Shown here: positions 38,906-48,941 of the stretch, piece after piece
Position numbering within the stretch: position 1 is the first letter of the stretch
Layout: each line of letters opens with the position of its first letter
Virus record (IMG/VR): IMGVR_UViG_3300044984_003188
Strand: one strand, 5' to 3'
Source of the DNA: a virus
Length of the DNA stretch: 64,000 bases
Position numbers and translations under genes: made by a program
Notes under the pieces: model-generated
What the model was told of the DNA's origin: nothing
What the model saw: the letters and a program-made list of their open reading frames with translations, nothing else
Databases searched by the model: none

Positions 38906-40978
38906 ATGGCGTTCCCTGTAAGTCCTGATGTAAATGTGACCGAGGTCGATTTAACAACAATTGCGCCCAGTGTGGCTACAACAACTGGTGCAATTGCTGG
39001 TGTGTTTAACTGGGGTCCGATTGGTGAAAGAGTTTCAATTGCTACTGAAAGTGATCTTGTAACTTTCTTTGGTAAGCCAAATGCAAATAACTATGAAACA
39101 TTTTTCACAGCAGCTAATTTTCTATCATATAATAATTCATTATTGGTTGCAAGAGCTGCAAACACCACTAGCATGAATGCAAATGGCACATATGGTGCTT
39201 TTGCCAATGTAGGTGCTGTTACAAATACTGCAAATCAAACTGTAAAAAATAGTGTTGATTACGAAACAAATAAACTGACATTTGATGCAAATGTTGTTTA
39301 TGTTGCTAAGTATGCTGGCGCACTAGGTAATTCACTTCGAGTTTCCGTTTGCGATAGCGTTAATGCATATCAATCAAATGTTACACTAGTAAATACTGAT
39401 GCAAACAATACCGTTACTGGCACATTTGCTCTATCGGTTGGATCTAACACAGCAACTGTCCAATTTGCGGGTAGTAATGCTGCAGGCGCTAATACCTTTG
39501 CTGCAAACTTTGCTTCATCTTTCAGTGCTGGTGATTTAGTCACTATTGGTAATAGCACTGTTGGAACTCAACTTTTAACTTTATCATCCGTTTCTGCTCC
39601 ATCTGGCTCGCCGCCGACGTTAACAATGAATTTTACCGGAATCTATACCCTTGCTTCTGATTTCAGCGCAAATACAAATCTTACAAGAAGCTGGGAATTC
39701 TCGACTTTAGTTGATTCTGCACCAACAACTTCACAATTTGTTTCTAATTTTGGTAATTCAGCAGCAGTTGATACCATGCATGTTGTGGTTGTAGATCAAG
39801 ATGGTATGTTCACCGGTATCAGTGGTCAAATTCTAGAAGTATTCACTGATGTGTCTAGAGCTACAAATGCTAAATCCGTAGATGGTGCTTCAATTTATTA
39901 CAAGCAAGTAATCAATGAAGGCTCAAATTATATCTGGTGGGCAAATGATAGAGCAAATGCTGTAAGCAATACCGCATTAAATGTTACTAGCTCAACAAAT
40001 AATTCTGCATTAAATCTTCATTTTTCTGGTGGGCAGGATGGATTCACTGAATCAAATGCACCTGTTTCAATTCTAGCATCTGGATATGATCTATTCAATG
40101 CTAAAGAAACTTCCGACATCTCACTTGTTCTTCAAGGTAAGCCTACTGGTGGTACCACAACAAGTCAAGGTCTAACTGTAAATAACTTCCAGCTAGCAAA
40201 TTATCTAATCGACAATATTGCTTCTACCAGAAAAGATTGTGTTGTTCTCATTACACCAGATGATACTCTTGCAAGAGCAAATGCAGGGCAGGAAGCTAAA
40301 TATACCGCTGCATGGGCAAATATCATCCGTGATACCTCATATGCAATGATTGATTCCGGTTATAAATATATGTATGACCGTTATAATGATGTTTACCGTT
40401 ATGTGCCTCTAAATGGTGATATTGCAGGCCTCATGGCAAGAACAGAAAATACAAATGATGCTTGGTGGTCTCCTGCAGGTTTCAACCGTGGACAAATTAA
40501 AAATATTGTCAAGCTTCGTTGGAATCCAATTAAGGCCGATAGAGATACTCTATACAAAAATGCAGTAAATCCAGTTGTGACTTTCCCAGGCCAAGGTACT
40601 GTTCTATTTGGTGACAAGACAGCAACAAGAAAACCATCTGCGTTTGATAGAATCAATGTTCGTAGATTGTTTATTGTTCTTGAAAAGTCTATTTCTGAAG
40701 CAGCAAAATATTCACTATTTGAGTTCAATGATGAATTTACAAGATCACAATTTAGAAATCTTGTCAATCCTTATCTTCGTGAAGTTCAGGGTCGCCGCGG
40801 TATCACAGACTTCCTAGTTGTCTGTGATGGGACAAATAATACACCTGAAAGAATTGACAGAAATGAGTTCTGGGGTGATATCTATATTAAACCAGCTAGA
40901 TCTATCAATTTTATTCAACTAAACTTTGTTGCTGTTCGCACTGGTGTCCAATTCTCAACCGTAGTCGGTCAATTTTAA
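38906..40978 (+). CDS. gp18: Tail sheath protein
   Basis: SPDVNVTEVDLT; WWSPAGFNRG; FDRINVRRLF; YIKPARSINFIQLNF. Confidence 0.97.
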   Translation: MAFPVSPDVNVTEVDLTTIAPSVATTTGAIAGVFNWGPIGERVSIATESDLVTFFGKPNANNYETFFTAANFLSYNNSLLVARAANTTSMNANGTYGAFANVGAVTNTANQTVKNSVDYETNKLTFDANVVYVAKYAGALGNSLRVSVCDSVNAYQSNVTLVNTDANNTVTGTFALSVGSNTATVQFAGSNAAGANTFAANFASSFSAGDLVTIGNSTVGTQLLTLSSVSAPSGSPPTLTMNFTGIYTLASDFSANTNLTRSWEFSTLVDSAPTTSQFVSNFGNSAAVDTMHVVVVDQDGMFTGISGQILEVFTDVSRATNAKSVDGASIYYKQVINEGSNYIWWANDRANAVSNTALNVTSSTNNSALNLHFSGGQDGFTESNAPVSILASGYDLFNAKETSDISLVLQGKPTGGTTTSQGLTVNNFQLANYLIDNIASTRKDCVVLITPDDTLARANAGQEAKYTAAWANIIRDTSYAMIDSGYKYMYDRYNDVYRYVPLNGDIAGLMARTENTNDAWWSPAGFNRGQIKNIVKLRWNPIKADRDTLYKNAVNPVVTFPGQGTVLFGDKTATRKPSAFDRINVRRLFIVLEKSISEAAKYSLFEFNDEFTRSQFRNLVNPYLREVQGRRGITDFLVVCDGTNNTPERIDRNEFWGDIYIKPARSINFIQLNFVAVRTGVQFSTVVGQF

Positions 40979-41002
40979 TTTATAAAGTAGGGGTCAAGGC
41001 AA

Positions 41003-41605
41003 ATGGCTTTCAATATTAATGACTTCAAAGCAAGAGGGCTAGCGTTTGGCGGCGCTAGACCCTCACTATTCCAGGTGGATTTAACACCACCGTTTAGTAT
41101 AACAGATCCGGTAGCTAGTCAAAAATTTACTTTCACATGTAATGCAACTACAATTCCTCCAGCAAATATTGGTTCAGTTCCTGTTCCCTATTTTGGTAGA
41201 AAAATAAAGCTTGCAGGTGATAGAGAGTTTGATGATTGGAGCGTAACAGTTATGAATGATGAGGATTTCCTTGTCAGAAATATGTTCGAAAACTGGTCAA
41301 ATTTAATGAATACTCTAGCATCTAATCTTAAGATTACTCCAGGTAATTCTTATAAGTCAAATGATGCCACTGTTACACAGTTTGCAAAAGATGGCGCAAT
41401 TATTCGTCAATATTCATTTATTGGTCTATTTCCAATAAGCGTTTCAAGCATGGATTTGAACTGGGATGCTACAAACACCATTCAATCCTTTGGTGTAACT
41501 TTTGCATATGACTATTGGGTGCCTCGTAGATCCACAGCCGCACCTGCTTCTGATATTCCTACTGGTCAACCTGGTGCTGGTGCTGGTCTAGCTCCATCAG
41601 AATGA
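41003..41605 (+). CDS. gp19: Tail tube protein
   Basis: GGARPSLF; YFGRKIKLAGDREFDDWSVTVMNDEDF. Confidence 0.95.
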   Translation: MAFNINDFKARGLAFGGARPSLFQVDLTPPFSITDPVASQKFTFTCNATTIPPANIGSVPVPYFGRKIKLAGDREFDDWSVTVMNDEDFLVRNMFENWSNLMNTLASNLKITPGNSYKSNDATVTQFAKDGAIIRQYSFIGLFPISVSSMDLNWDATNTIQSFGVTFAYDYWVPRRSTAAPASDIPTGQPGAGAGLAPSE

Positions 41606-41643
41606 TAAGTATAATTAGTACAAATATTTGAAAGTAATATAGA

Positions 41644-43362
41644 ATGCGTTTATTCGGCTTCGAGTTTAAAAGAAATGTAGAAGCAGACGTGATTGCTCCG
41701 TCATTTGCCCCGAAAGAGGCTGATGACGGAGCACTTATTGTAGCCGCTGGTGGTGCGTATGGTACATATATTGATCTAGATGGTACTGTAAGAACAGAAG
41801 CGGAACTAGTAACAAAATACCGTGAAATGTCGCTTCAACCTGAAATTGATGCAGCCGTTGATGAAATAGTCAATGAATCAATTGATATTGGTGAAGATGA
41901 ACTAGTACAAATAATACTAGATGATTTAGAGATATCCGATAAGACTAAAAAAGCTATACGTGAAGAATTTAAAAACGTTTTGAATATTTTAAACTTCAAT
42001 AGTAAAGCATATGAAATTTTTCGTCGTTGGTACATTGATGGTAGATTATATTATCATGTGATCATTGACGATCAGGATACTAAATCCGGAATCAAAGAAG
42101 TTAGATATATTGATCCCAGAAAAATTAGAAAAGTTCGTGAAATAAATAAAAGAAGAGTGCCAGGGGGCATTGGAAATGAAGCCGTAATTCCCAAAGTACA
42201 AAATGAATACTTTATATTCAATGATAAAGGTTTCAATTATGGGAATAAAACTGCTGGTCCAACAACCACAGGCTTAAAGATAGCAAAAGATTCAATAGTT
42301 CATATTGTTTCGGGATTGACTGATACACAAGGAACTATGGTTCTTTCATATCTTCATAAAGCCATTAAACCACTCAATCAGCTTAGAACTTTGGAAGATG
42401 CTTTAGTTATCTATAGACTTGCACGTGCGCCAGAAAGAAGAATTTGGTATATTGACGTTGGTAATCTACCAAAGATGAAAGCAGAACAATACGTTCGAGA
42501 TATCATGGTAAAGCACAAGAATAGATTGATTTATGACGGTGCAACTGGTGAAGTACGTGATGACCGTAAATTCATGACAATGCTTGAAGATTATTGGCTA
42601 CCCAGAAGAGAAGGTGGTAAAGGTACTGAAGTAACTACACTCCCTGGTGGACAAACTTTAGGTGAAATGGATGACGTCTTATACTTCCAGAAAAAACTTT
42701 ATGGTACTCTAAATGTTCCCGTTAGTAGATTAAACTCAGATGCATTATTCTCTATCGGTAGAGCTACAGAAATAACCAGAGATGAAGTAAAATTTGCTAA
42801 ATTTTTAACTAGACTTCGTGGCAGATTCTCTCAACTATTCATGAGTCTATTAGAAAAGCAACTTGTATTAAAGCAAGTAATGTCTATAGAAGATTGGTAT
42901 AACATTTCATCCGACATTAAATTTGATTTTTCTAAAGATAATTACTTTATGGAACTCAAAGACTCTGAAATTATCCAAAATAGAGTTCAACTTGTTCAAC
43001 AACTTGATGGTGCCAATCTAATTGGTAAATATTACTCAAATGAATGGGTAAGAAAGAATATCCTCAAGCAATCAGATGATATGATTGAAGAAATGGATGA
43101 AGAAATGGATGAGGAGTCTAAAGATCCTAGGTGGAATATGGAAATGATGTCACCAACTGGTGATGAAATGCCAGCGGCTGATCCAAGTGTTTCTGGACTA
43201 CCCCAAAAAGAAGATGAAGCTCCACAAGATGATGATGCAAAAAAGATTGTAGATGCGCAAAAGACATATGATCGTTTGAGCAAAATGAAAAAAAGAACTA
43301 TACAAGATGAATCTAAATACCGATCAGCAGCGCTGATACTTGCTAGAAATAAAGGAGATTAG
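41644..43362 (+). CDS. gp20: Portal vertex protein
   Basis: FRRWYIDGR; YRLARAPERRIWYIDVGNLPK.KAEQY; EDYWLPRREGGKGTEVTTLPGG. Confidence 0.97.
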   Translation: MRLFGFEFKRNVEADVIAPSFAPKEADDGALIVAAGGAYGTYIDLDGTVRTEAELVTKYREMSLQPEIDAAVDEIVNESIDIGEDELVQIILDDLEISDKTKKAIREEFKNVLNILNFNSKAYEIFRRWYIDGRLYYHVIIDDQDTKSGIKEVRYIDPRKIRKVREINKRRVPGGIGNEAVIPKVQNEYFIFNDKGFNYGNKTAGPTTTGLKIAKDSIVHIVSGLTDTQGTMVLSYLHKAIKPLNQLRTLEDALVIYRLARAPERRIWYIDVGNLPKMKAEQYVRDIMVKHKNRLIYDGATGEVRDDRKFMTMLEDYWLPRREGGKGTEVTTLPGGQTLGEMDDVLYFQKKLYGTLNVPVSRLNSDALFSIGRATEITRDEVKFAKFLTRLRGRFSQLFMSLLEKQLVLKQVMSIEDWYNISSDIKFDFSKDNYFMELKDSEIIQNRVQLVQQLDGANLIGKYYSNEWVRKNILKQSDDMIEEMDEEMDEESKDPRWNMEMMSPTGDEMPAADPSVSGLPQKEDEAPQDDDAKKIVDAQKTYDRLSKMKKRTIQDESKYRSAALILARNKGD

Positions 43363-43366
43363 GTGA

Positions 43367-43573
43367 ATGACTGACTATACTATTACAGATTTAATAGCAT
43401 TTAGCTCTCAACAGAGACCAGCGGAATTTGAAGCAGCATTTAATAATGTTATTGCTTCAAGACTAGAAACCGCTATAAATGATAAAAAAATAGAAGTGGC
43501 TCAAAGAATGTTCAATAGAGTCGATCAAGAAGAAATAGATATAGAGGATACGGAAGATGGCGAAATCACTTAA
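43367..43573 (+). CDS. Small acidic prohead core protein (gp67-like)
   Basis: 68 aa directly after the portal gene; acidic tail; position of gp67. Confidence 0.55.
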   Translation: MTDYTITDLIAFSSQQRPAEFEAAFNNVIASRLETAINDKKIEVAQRMFNRVDQEEIDIEDTEDGEIT

Positions 43574-44435
43574 TGACATTTTAAAAGGCGTCAAGGCTTC
43601 TAAAGTAGTTCCAGGTTCAACTGGCACCGATCCAGGTGTAGATTATGCACCAAAAGCTAAAGTAGAACAAGACTTTGTTGCTAAGCACAAAACCGAAAAG
43701 CATGAAGATCGAGTAGGCAACAAAGATGATGTCTACAAAGGTAAAACTGAATATGTTTTAGATAAAGCATCAGAAAGTCGTCATGGCTATAAAAAAGATG
43801 AGGCTGAAAAAGTCTATGAGTCACTTCAAGAACTTGAAGAAGCTACAGCCAAACAAATTAATGATAGATTAGATTCACTTGTTGCTGCCAAGAAAGCAGA
43901 AAAAGCAGGTGATAAAAAAGCTCAGTATGGACATTTAGCTGACTATCACACTAAATATGCAACACATGTAAAAAAGAGTGCTGATATAGCACACCATAAG
44001 TCTCAAGCTGAAAAATATAGATCAGCATCAAAGGCTTTTGAAGAAGCCGCTTCATGTAATATGACAAATGAGGGTACACATTGCCCAGTTCATGAAATGG
44101 CATCATGTAAAGAATCATTAGCAGTTCCATTACTCGGTGGTGATGATGAATCAGCCGAAATGGCAAAGACCCAACTTAGAGCTCTAGCTAATAAAGCACT
44201 TGCTTTAGCAATGCACCTCAATGACGATCAAGTAGTTGAACCATGGGTGCAAGCAAAAATTGCTGTAGCTAAAGATAACGTCACCGCAGTTCATGACTAT
44301 ATGGTCTATGGTAATCATGACAAACCAGAAAAAGAACAAACAGCACCATACGAAGGCGGAATGGATATGTCTGGCTCTCCCAGAAATACATATCCAAACT
44401 TTGGTGCTGATGTAAATATTGGGAGAAGTGTATAA
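43557..44435 (+). CDS. Putative internal head / prohead core protein
   Basis: K/E/H-rich; EMAKTQLR...EPWVQAKI...HDYM motif; lies between portal and protease. Confidence 0.5.
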   Translation: MAKSLNDILKGVKASKVVPGSTGTDPGVDYAPKAKVEQDFVAKHKTEKHEDRVGNKDDVYKGKTEYVLDKASESRHGYKKDEAEKVYESLQELEEATAKQINDRLDSLVAAKKAEKAGDKKAQYGHLADYHTKYATHVKKSADIAHHKSQAEKYRSASKAFEEAASCNMTNEGTHCPVHEMASCKESLAVPLLGGDDESAEMAKTQLRALANKALALAMHLNDDQVVEPWVQAKIAVAKDNVTAVHDYMVYGNHDKPEKEQTAPYEGGMDMSGSPRNTYPNFGADVNIGRSV

Positions 44436-44680
44436 TGAATATAATTAAAGCTGGTGCTAATATATATTCTGTTACCACACAAAACTCAGTAAATAATACT
44501 GCAATTTTATTTGTGTCAACCACAGCAGCTGCACAGATTAATCTATACTCAAATTCTACAACACAGTATGGTTCATTTGTTCTTCCTGCAAATCAATATA
44601 TTTTTCTACAAAAAAAACCAACTGATTTGGTTTCATCAAATACTGCTGTAAACATCACACCTTCGGCTTATAGAGGTTAA
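44435..44680 (+). CDS. Small hypothetical virion protein
   Basis: 81 aa, coupled to both neighbours; beta-rich with three N-X-T sequons. Confidence 0.55.
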   Translation: MNIIKAGANIYSVTTQNSVNNTAILFVSTTAAAQINLYSNSTTQYGSFVLPANQYIFLQKKPTDLVSSNTAVNITPSAYRG

Positions 44681-44681
44681 A

Positions 44682-45359
44682 ATGAAGCTTATTCTAGAAG
44701 ATTCTACAGAATTTGAATTTATAACCGAAGCTAAAGAAGACGGCTCAAAAGATCATTATATCCATGGAGTATTCTTGCAAGCAGATGTTAAAAACAGAAA
44801 CGGAAGAATGTATCCAATGCCTATTATGGAGCGTGAAGTAGAACGCTATATGAATGAGGTAGTAAAAAATAATAGAGCTTATGGTGAACTTGGTCACCCA
44901 GCAGGACCACAAATTAATCTTGATAGAGTTTCACATATGATAACTGAACTCAAGAAAAATGGAAATAATTTCATTGGTAAAGCTAAACTTACCGATACAC
45001 CCATGGGTAATATTGCAAAAGGGCTACTAAAGTCTGGTGCTAATCTAGGTGTTTCATCTCGTGGTATGGGTTCACTTAAACCAAACAAACTTGGTATTAT
45101 GGAAGTTCAAGAAGATTTTCGTTTAGCCACTGCAGCAGATATCGTTGCCGATCCATCAGCACCTGATGCTTTTGTTAAGGGCATTATGGAAAATGTTGAT
45201 TGGCTATATGATTCCGTAAAGGACACATGGATCGAACAAAAATTACATGAAACTAGAAAAATTATGAAAAAAATGTCGATGGATGAAATTGAACAAACCA
45301 AGCTTGGCATATTTGAGAGTTACATGAAGTCTCTCTCGTCAAAGAATAATCTTTTATAA
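44682..45359 (+). CDS. gp21: Prohead core protease
   Basis: KNRNGRMYP; GELGHP; LGVSSRGMGSL; DIVADPSAPDAFV. Confidence 0.96.
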   Translation: MKLILEDSTEFEFITEAKEDGSKDHYIHGVFLQADVKNRNGRMYPMPIMEREVERYMNEVVKNNRAYGELGHPAGPQINLDRVSHMITELKKNGNNFIGKAKLTDTPMGNIAKGLLKSGANLGVSSRGMGSLKPNKLGIMEVQEDFRLATAADIVADPSAPDAFVKGIMENVDWLYDSVKDTWIEQKLHETRKIMKKMSMDEIEQTKLGIFESYMKSLSSKNNLL

Positions 45360-45362
45360 ATA
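45355..45362 (+). promoter_or_regulatory. T4-type late promoter
   Basis: TATAAATA upstream of gp22. Confidence 0.8.
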
Positions 45363-45390
45363 TTTAAAAATCTTTTAGGGAGACAGTTTA

Positions 45391-46425
45391 ATGTCAGAAG
45401 AATTAGAAACCAAAGATCTAGATGAATCCGTAGCTTCAGAAACATTGAAGCCAAATTCACGCTCAGCTGGATCAGACCCAAAGTCCAAGATTGAAACAAT
45501 TACTTCAGTCATTGGCGCTATGCATTCCATGCGTAAAGATGATTTAACTAAGTGGTACACACAAGCAATGTCCCTTATTGGTAAAGAAGCAGATTCACTT
45601 CCATCAGGCGCAAGTGCTGATGCAAATGCCTCTTCTATTGATATGAAGACCGGCAAAGGACCAAAGACTCGTGATGCCATGCCAAAACTTTCCGTTAAGG
45701 AAGATGTTGAGGAAATGTTTGATGGCCAAGATCTATCAGAAGAATTTAAAGATAGAGCTTCAACACTATTTGAAGCTGCTGTAAATGCAAGAATTATTCT
45801 TGAATCTTCACGTCTAGAAGAACAATATGAAGCTAGACTTGAAGAAGAAGTTACAGAGATTGCAGAAGCTCTAGAAAAGAAGTTAGACACATATCTAGAT
45901 TACGTGGTTGAGAATTGGATGAAGGAGAATGAAGTTGCTATTGAATCTTCTCTCCGCAATGAAATCATGGAAGAATTCATCGACGGACTAAAAGGTCTGT
46001 TCGCTGAACACTATATCGATGTTCCTGAAGAAAAGATTGATGTAGTTGAAGAACTAGCCACTAAAGTAGATGAGCTAGAAACAATGCTTGATGAATCCAT
46101 TACTGAGAACTCCGATCTCAAGAAAATGGTCGCTGAATCTAAGAGAATTGACGTTCTAGAAGAAATGGCAACTGATCTTACTATGGTTCAAGCTGAAAAG
46201 TTCGCAGCACTTGCGGAAGGAATTGATTTTACTGGAGACATTGATTCTTATAGAAAGAAGTTGTCTTACGTAAAAGAATCCTACTTCTCAAAGAAGTCAA
46301 CACCAACCACAAATATCGAAGAAGAAACTTTTGAGGGTGATAATACACTTAACGAAAGTGTAAAGTCTTTTGATCCAGATGTTAATAGATATGCACAAGC
46401 TATCGCAAGAACCATTAAAAAGTAA
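45391..46425 (+). CDS. gp22: Prohead core scaffold protein
   Basis: LSEEFK.RASTLFEAAV; YLDYVVENWM.EN; acidic coiled coil. Confidence 0.92.
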   Translation: MSEELETKDLDESVASETLKPNSRSAGSDPKSKIETITSVIGAMHSMRKDDLTKWYTQAMSLIGKEADSLPSGASADANASSIDMKTGKGPKTRDAMPKLSVKEDVEEMFDGQDLSEEFKDRASTLFEAAVNARIILESSRLEEQYEARLEEEVTEIAEALEKKLDTYLDYVVENWMKENEVAIESSLRNEIMEEFIDGLKGLFAEHYIDVPEEKIDVVEELATKVDELETMLDESITENSDLKKMVAESKRIDVLEEMATDLTMVQAEKFAALAEGIDFTGDIDSYRKKLSYVKESYFSKKSTPTTNIEEETFEGDNTLNESVKSFDPDVNRYAQAIARTIKK

Positions 46426-46430
46426 AATCT

Positions 46431-46438
46431 TATAAATA
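46431..46438 (+). promoter_or_regulatory. T4-type late promoter
   Basis: Intergenic TATAAATA upstream of gp23. Confidence 0.85.
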
Positions 46439-46471
46439 AAGATAACCTAACAAAGAAAAGGGAAATTCTAA

Positions 46472-47836
46472 ATGTATCTAGCTGAATCACTACAGAAGAA
46501 GTGGGAGGCCGTTCTCGACCACCAAGATCTTCCTAATATTAAAGACGCTCACCGTCGTTCAGTAACTGCGGTTGTTCTTGAAAACACCCAGCGTGCTCTT
46601 CGTGAGTCTGCTTCACACGGTCAATATCAAACTCTATTTGAAGCAGGTATTGCCCCATCTCCGGTAAATGCTATCGGTAACCCTGACTCCACAAATGCTG
46701 GTGCAATTGACACTTTTGACCCAGTTCTTATCTCTCTAGTTCGTCGTGCAATGCCGAACCTGATTGCTTATGACATTTGCGGAACTCAGCCAATGACCGG
46801 TCCTACTGGTCTTATCTTTGCTATGCGTTCACGCTACAGCAATCAGGCTGGTGACGAAACTTTCTATAACGAAGTTAATACCTCATTCACTTCAGTTGTT
46901 GCAGGTAACTCAACATTTGGTCAACAGTTTACAGGTACTATTCCTGGTCAAACTAACACCACTGCACTAGTAAATACCGCTGCTTATAACACAGGCTTTG
47001 GTATGCCAACTGCTACTGCTGAAGCACTTGGTTCCAATAACTCTGGTGCAGGCGATTTTGCACAGATGGCATTCTCAATCGAGAAAGTTACTGTAACCGC
47101 CAAGTCACGTGCCCTCAAGGCAGAATACACCATGGAACTTGCACAAGATCTAAAGGCAATTCATGGTCTAGATGCTGAAACCGAACTTGCAAACATTCTT
47201 TCAGCTGAAATTCTTGCTGAAATTAACCGTGAAGTAGTTCGTACAATCAACATCACCGCCGTTGTTGGTGCTCAAGATAACACCACAACTGCTGGTATCT
47301 TCGACCTTGACACCGATTCTAACGGCCGTTGGTCAGTTGAAAAGTTCAAGGGTCTTATGTTCCAGCTTGAACGTGAAGCTAACTTTATTGCTCGTACAAC
47401 TCGTCGTGGTAAGGGTAACATTGTTATCTGTTCCTCCGATGTTGCTTCAGCTCTACAGATGGCAGGCGTTCTTGACTATGCTCCAGCTCTTAACTCAAAC
47501 AACCTACAAGTTGACGACACAGGTAATACCTTTGCTGGTGTTCTCAATGGTCGCCTAAAGGTTTACATTGATCCATATGCTATCGGTGGTAACTATCTAA
47601 CTGTTGGCTATAAGGGATCTTCTGCATTTGATGCTGGTCTGTTCTATTGCCCATACGTTCCTCTCCAAATGGTTCGTGCAGTCGATCAGCAAAGCTTCCA
47701 GCCTAAGATCGGCTTCAAGACTCGTTACGGAATGGTTGCAAATCCATTTGCTCAAGGTATTACAGCTGGTAATGGTGCACTCACCACAAACACCAACCTC
47801 TACTACCGCAAGGTAATTGTTAACAATCTTATGTAA
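46472..47836 (+). CDS. gp23: Major capsid protein
   Basis: LVRRAMPNLIAYDICGTQPMTGPTGLIFAMR; SRALKAEYTMELAQDLKAIHGLDAE; FQPKIGFKTRYG. Confidence 0.98.
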   Translation: MYLAESLQKKWEAVLDHQDLPNIKDAHRRSVTAVVLENTQRALRESASHGQYQTLFEAGIAPSPVNAIGNPDSTNAGAIDTFDPVLISLVRRAMPNLIAYDICGTQPMTGPTGLIFAMRSRYSNQAGDETFYNEVNTSFTSVVAGNSTFGQQFTGTIPGQTNTTALVNTAAYNTGFGMPTATAEALGSNNSGAGDFAQMAFSIEKVTVTAKSRALKAEYTMELAQDLKAIHGLDAETELANILSAEILAEINREVVRTINITAVVGAQDNTTTAGIFDLDTDSNGRWSVEKFKGLMFQLEREANFIARTTRRGKGNIVICSSDVASALQMAGVLDYAPALNSNNLQVDDTGNTFAGVLNGRLKVYIDPYAIGGNYLTVGYKGSSAFDAGLFYCPYVPLQMVRAVDQQSFQPKIGFKTRYGMVANPFAQGITAGNGALTTNTNLYYRKVIVNNLM

Positions 47837-47866
47837 TCTGAACTTTTAGTTCTAATTACGAAAATG

Positions 47867-47900
47867 ACCCCGGAGGGAAACTTCCGGGGTTTATTTTATT
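47867..47900 (+). terminator. Rho-independent terminator after gp23
   Basis: ACCCCGGAGG-GAAA-CTTCCGGGGT stem-loop followed by TTATTTTATT. Confidence 0.9.
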
Positions 47901-47931
47901 CTAAAATAAATAGCAATAAAGGAGGATTAAC

Positions 47932-48453
47932 ATGTCAGTTGTTGATAATAGACCAGAAAATATGAATTTTCTTTCACCACTTAATTTTAAATTTCAGATC
48001 AAAAGAACACCATCACTAAACTTCTTTGTGCAAAAAGTCAATCTTCCTGGTTTGACATTGCCAAATATAGATGAAAATACCCCATTGATTCGTATTCCAT
48101 ATTCAGGTGATCATTTGCTTTTTGATGAGCTTGTGGTAACATTTAAAGTGGATGAAAATTTAATAAATTATATGGAAATACATAATTGGCTTAGAGGTTT
48201 GGGCAAGCCTTCATATGAAGAATATAAAAATCTCAAGTCAAAATCTATATACACTGGTGAATCACTTAATTCAGATATATCACTTTCAATTCTTACAAGC
48301 TATAAAAATCCAAATTATGAAGTTATATTTACAGATGCATTTCCTGTTTCATTGAGTGGTATTGATTTTACAACCACCGCAGAAGATATTTCATATCTAG
48401 AAGCAACTGCTACTTTCAAATATTTAACTTATACCATCAAAAAAACAAATTGA
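47932..48453 (+). CDS. gp3: Tail completion / tube terminator protein gp3
   Basis: NFLSPLNFKF; FFVQKVNLPG; F.VDENL.NY.EIHNW; F.DAFPVSLSG. Confidence 0.9.
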   Translation: MSVVDNRPENMNFLSPLNFKFQIKRTPSLNFFVQKVNLPGLTLPNIDENTPLIRIPYSGDHLLFDELVVTFKVDENLINYMEIHNWLRGLGKPSYEEYKNLKSKSIYTGESLNSDISLSILTSYKNPNYEVIFTDAFPVSLSGIDFTTTAEDISYLEATATFKYLTYTIKKTN

Positions 48454-48478
48454 CAATTGTTCTTATTTAGTTTATAAT
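48450..48478 (+). promoter_or_regulatory. Sigma70-type promoter for uvsY-uvsW
   Basis: TTGACA-17 nt-TATAAT, perfect consensus. Confidence 0.85.
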
Positions 48479-48506
48479 ATACTATTATTGATTAATGGAG
48501 ATATTT

Positions 48507-48941
48507 GTGAATTTTGAAGAACTTTTCAATGAGTGGGATAAAGATTCAGAACTAGATAAGACTAGATTGGATGATGAATCTCTGAAAATTCCAAAGCTTC
48601 ACCATAAGTATTATCGCCTTTTTGTGGTTGAGAAATCAAAACTGAGACAGTTTGAAGGTGATATGAAAAAGCTTAAACTTGAAAAACATGAATTTTATAG
48701 TCAAGGGCATAATGATGAAACCAGAGCAAAAGGATGGAAACTTCCAGCTAAAGGAATCATTATTAAGAATGATGTTCCCATGTATGTAGAGGCGGATACA
48801 GATGTGATAGACTTATCACTTAAAATTGGTGTTCAACAAGAAAAAATTGAATTTCTTGAGTCAATCATAAAGACCTTAAATAATAGAGGTTATAACATAA
48901 AAACTGCAGTTGAATTTATTAAATTTGTGAATGGATCATAA
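48507..48941 (+). CDS. uvsY: Recombination mediator UvsY (GTG start after GGAG; alternative ATG at 48495)
   Basis: W.KDS.LD...LD.ESLKIPKLH.KY; RGYNIK.A.EF. Confidence 0.9.
   Translation: MNFEELFNEWDKDSELDKTRLDDESLKIPKLHHKYYRLFVVEKSKLRQFEGDMKKLKLEKHEFYSQGHNDETRAKGWKLPAKGIIIKNDVPMYVEADTDVIDLSLKIGVQQEKIEFLESIIKTLNNRGYNIKTAVEFIKFVNGS

Noticed and set aside
37212-47836. Introns or inteins in terminase, portal or capsid genes
   Set aside because: The ORFs are continuous and of normal length, with no intein or homing-endonuclease motifs
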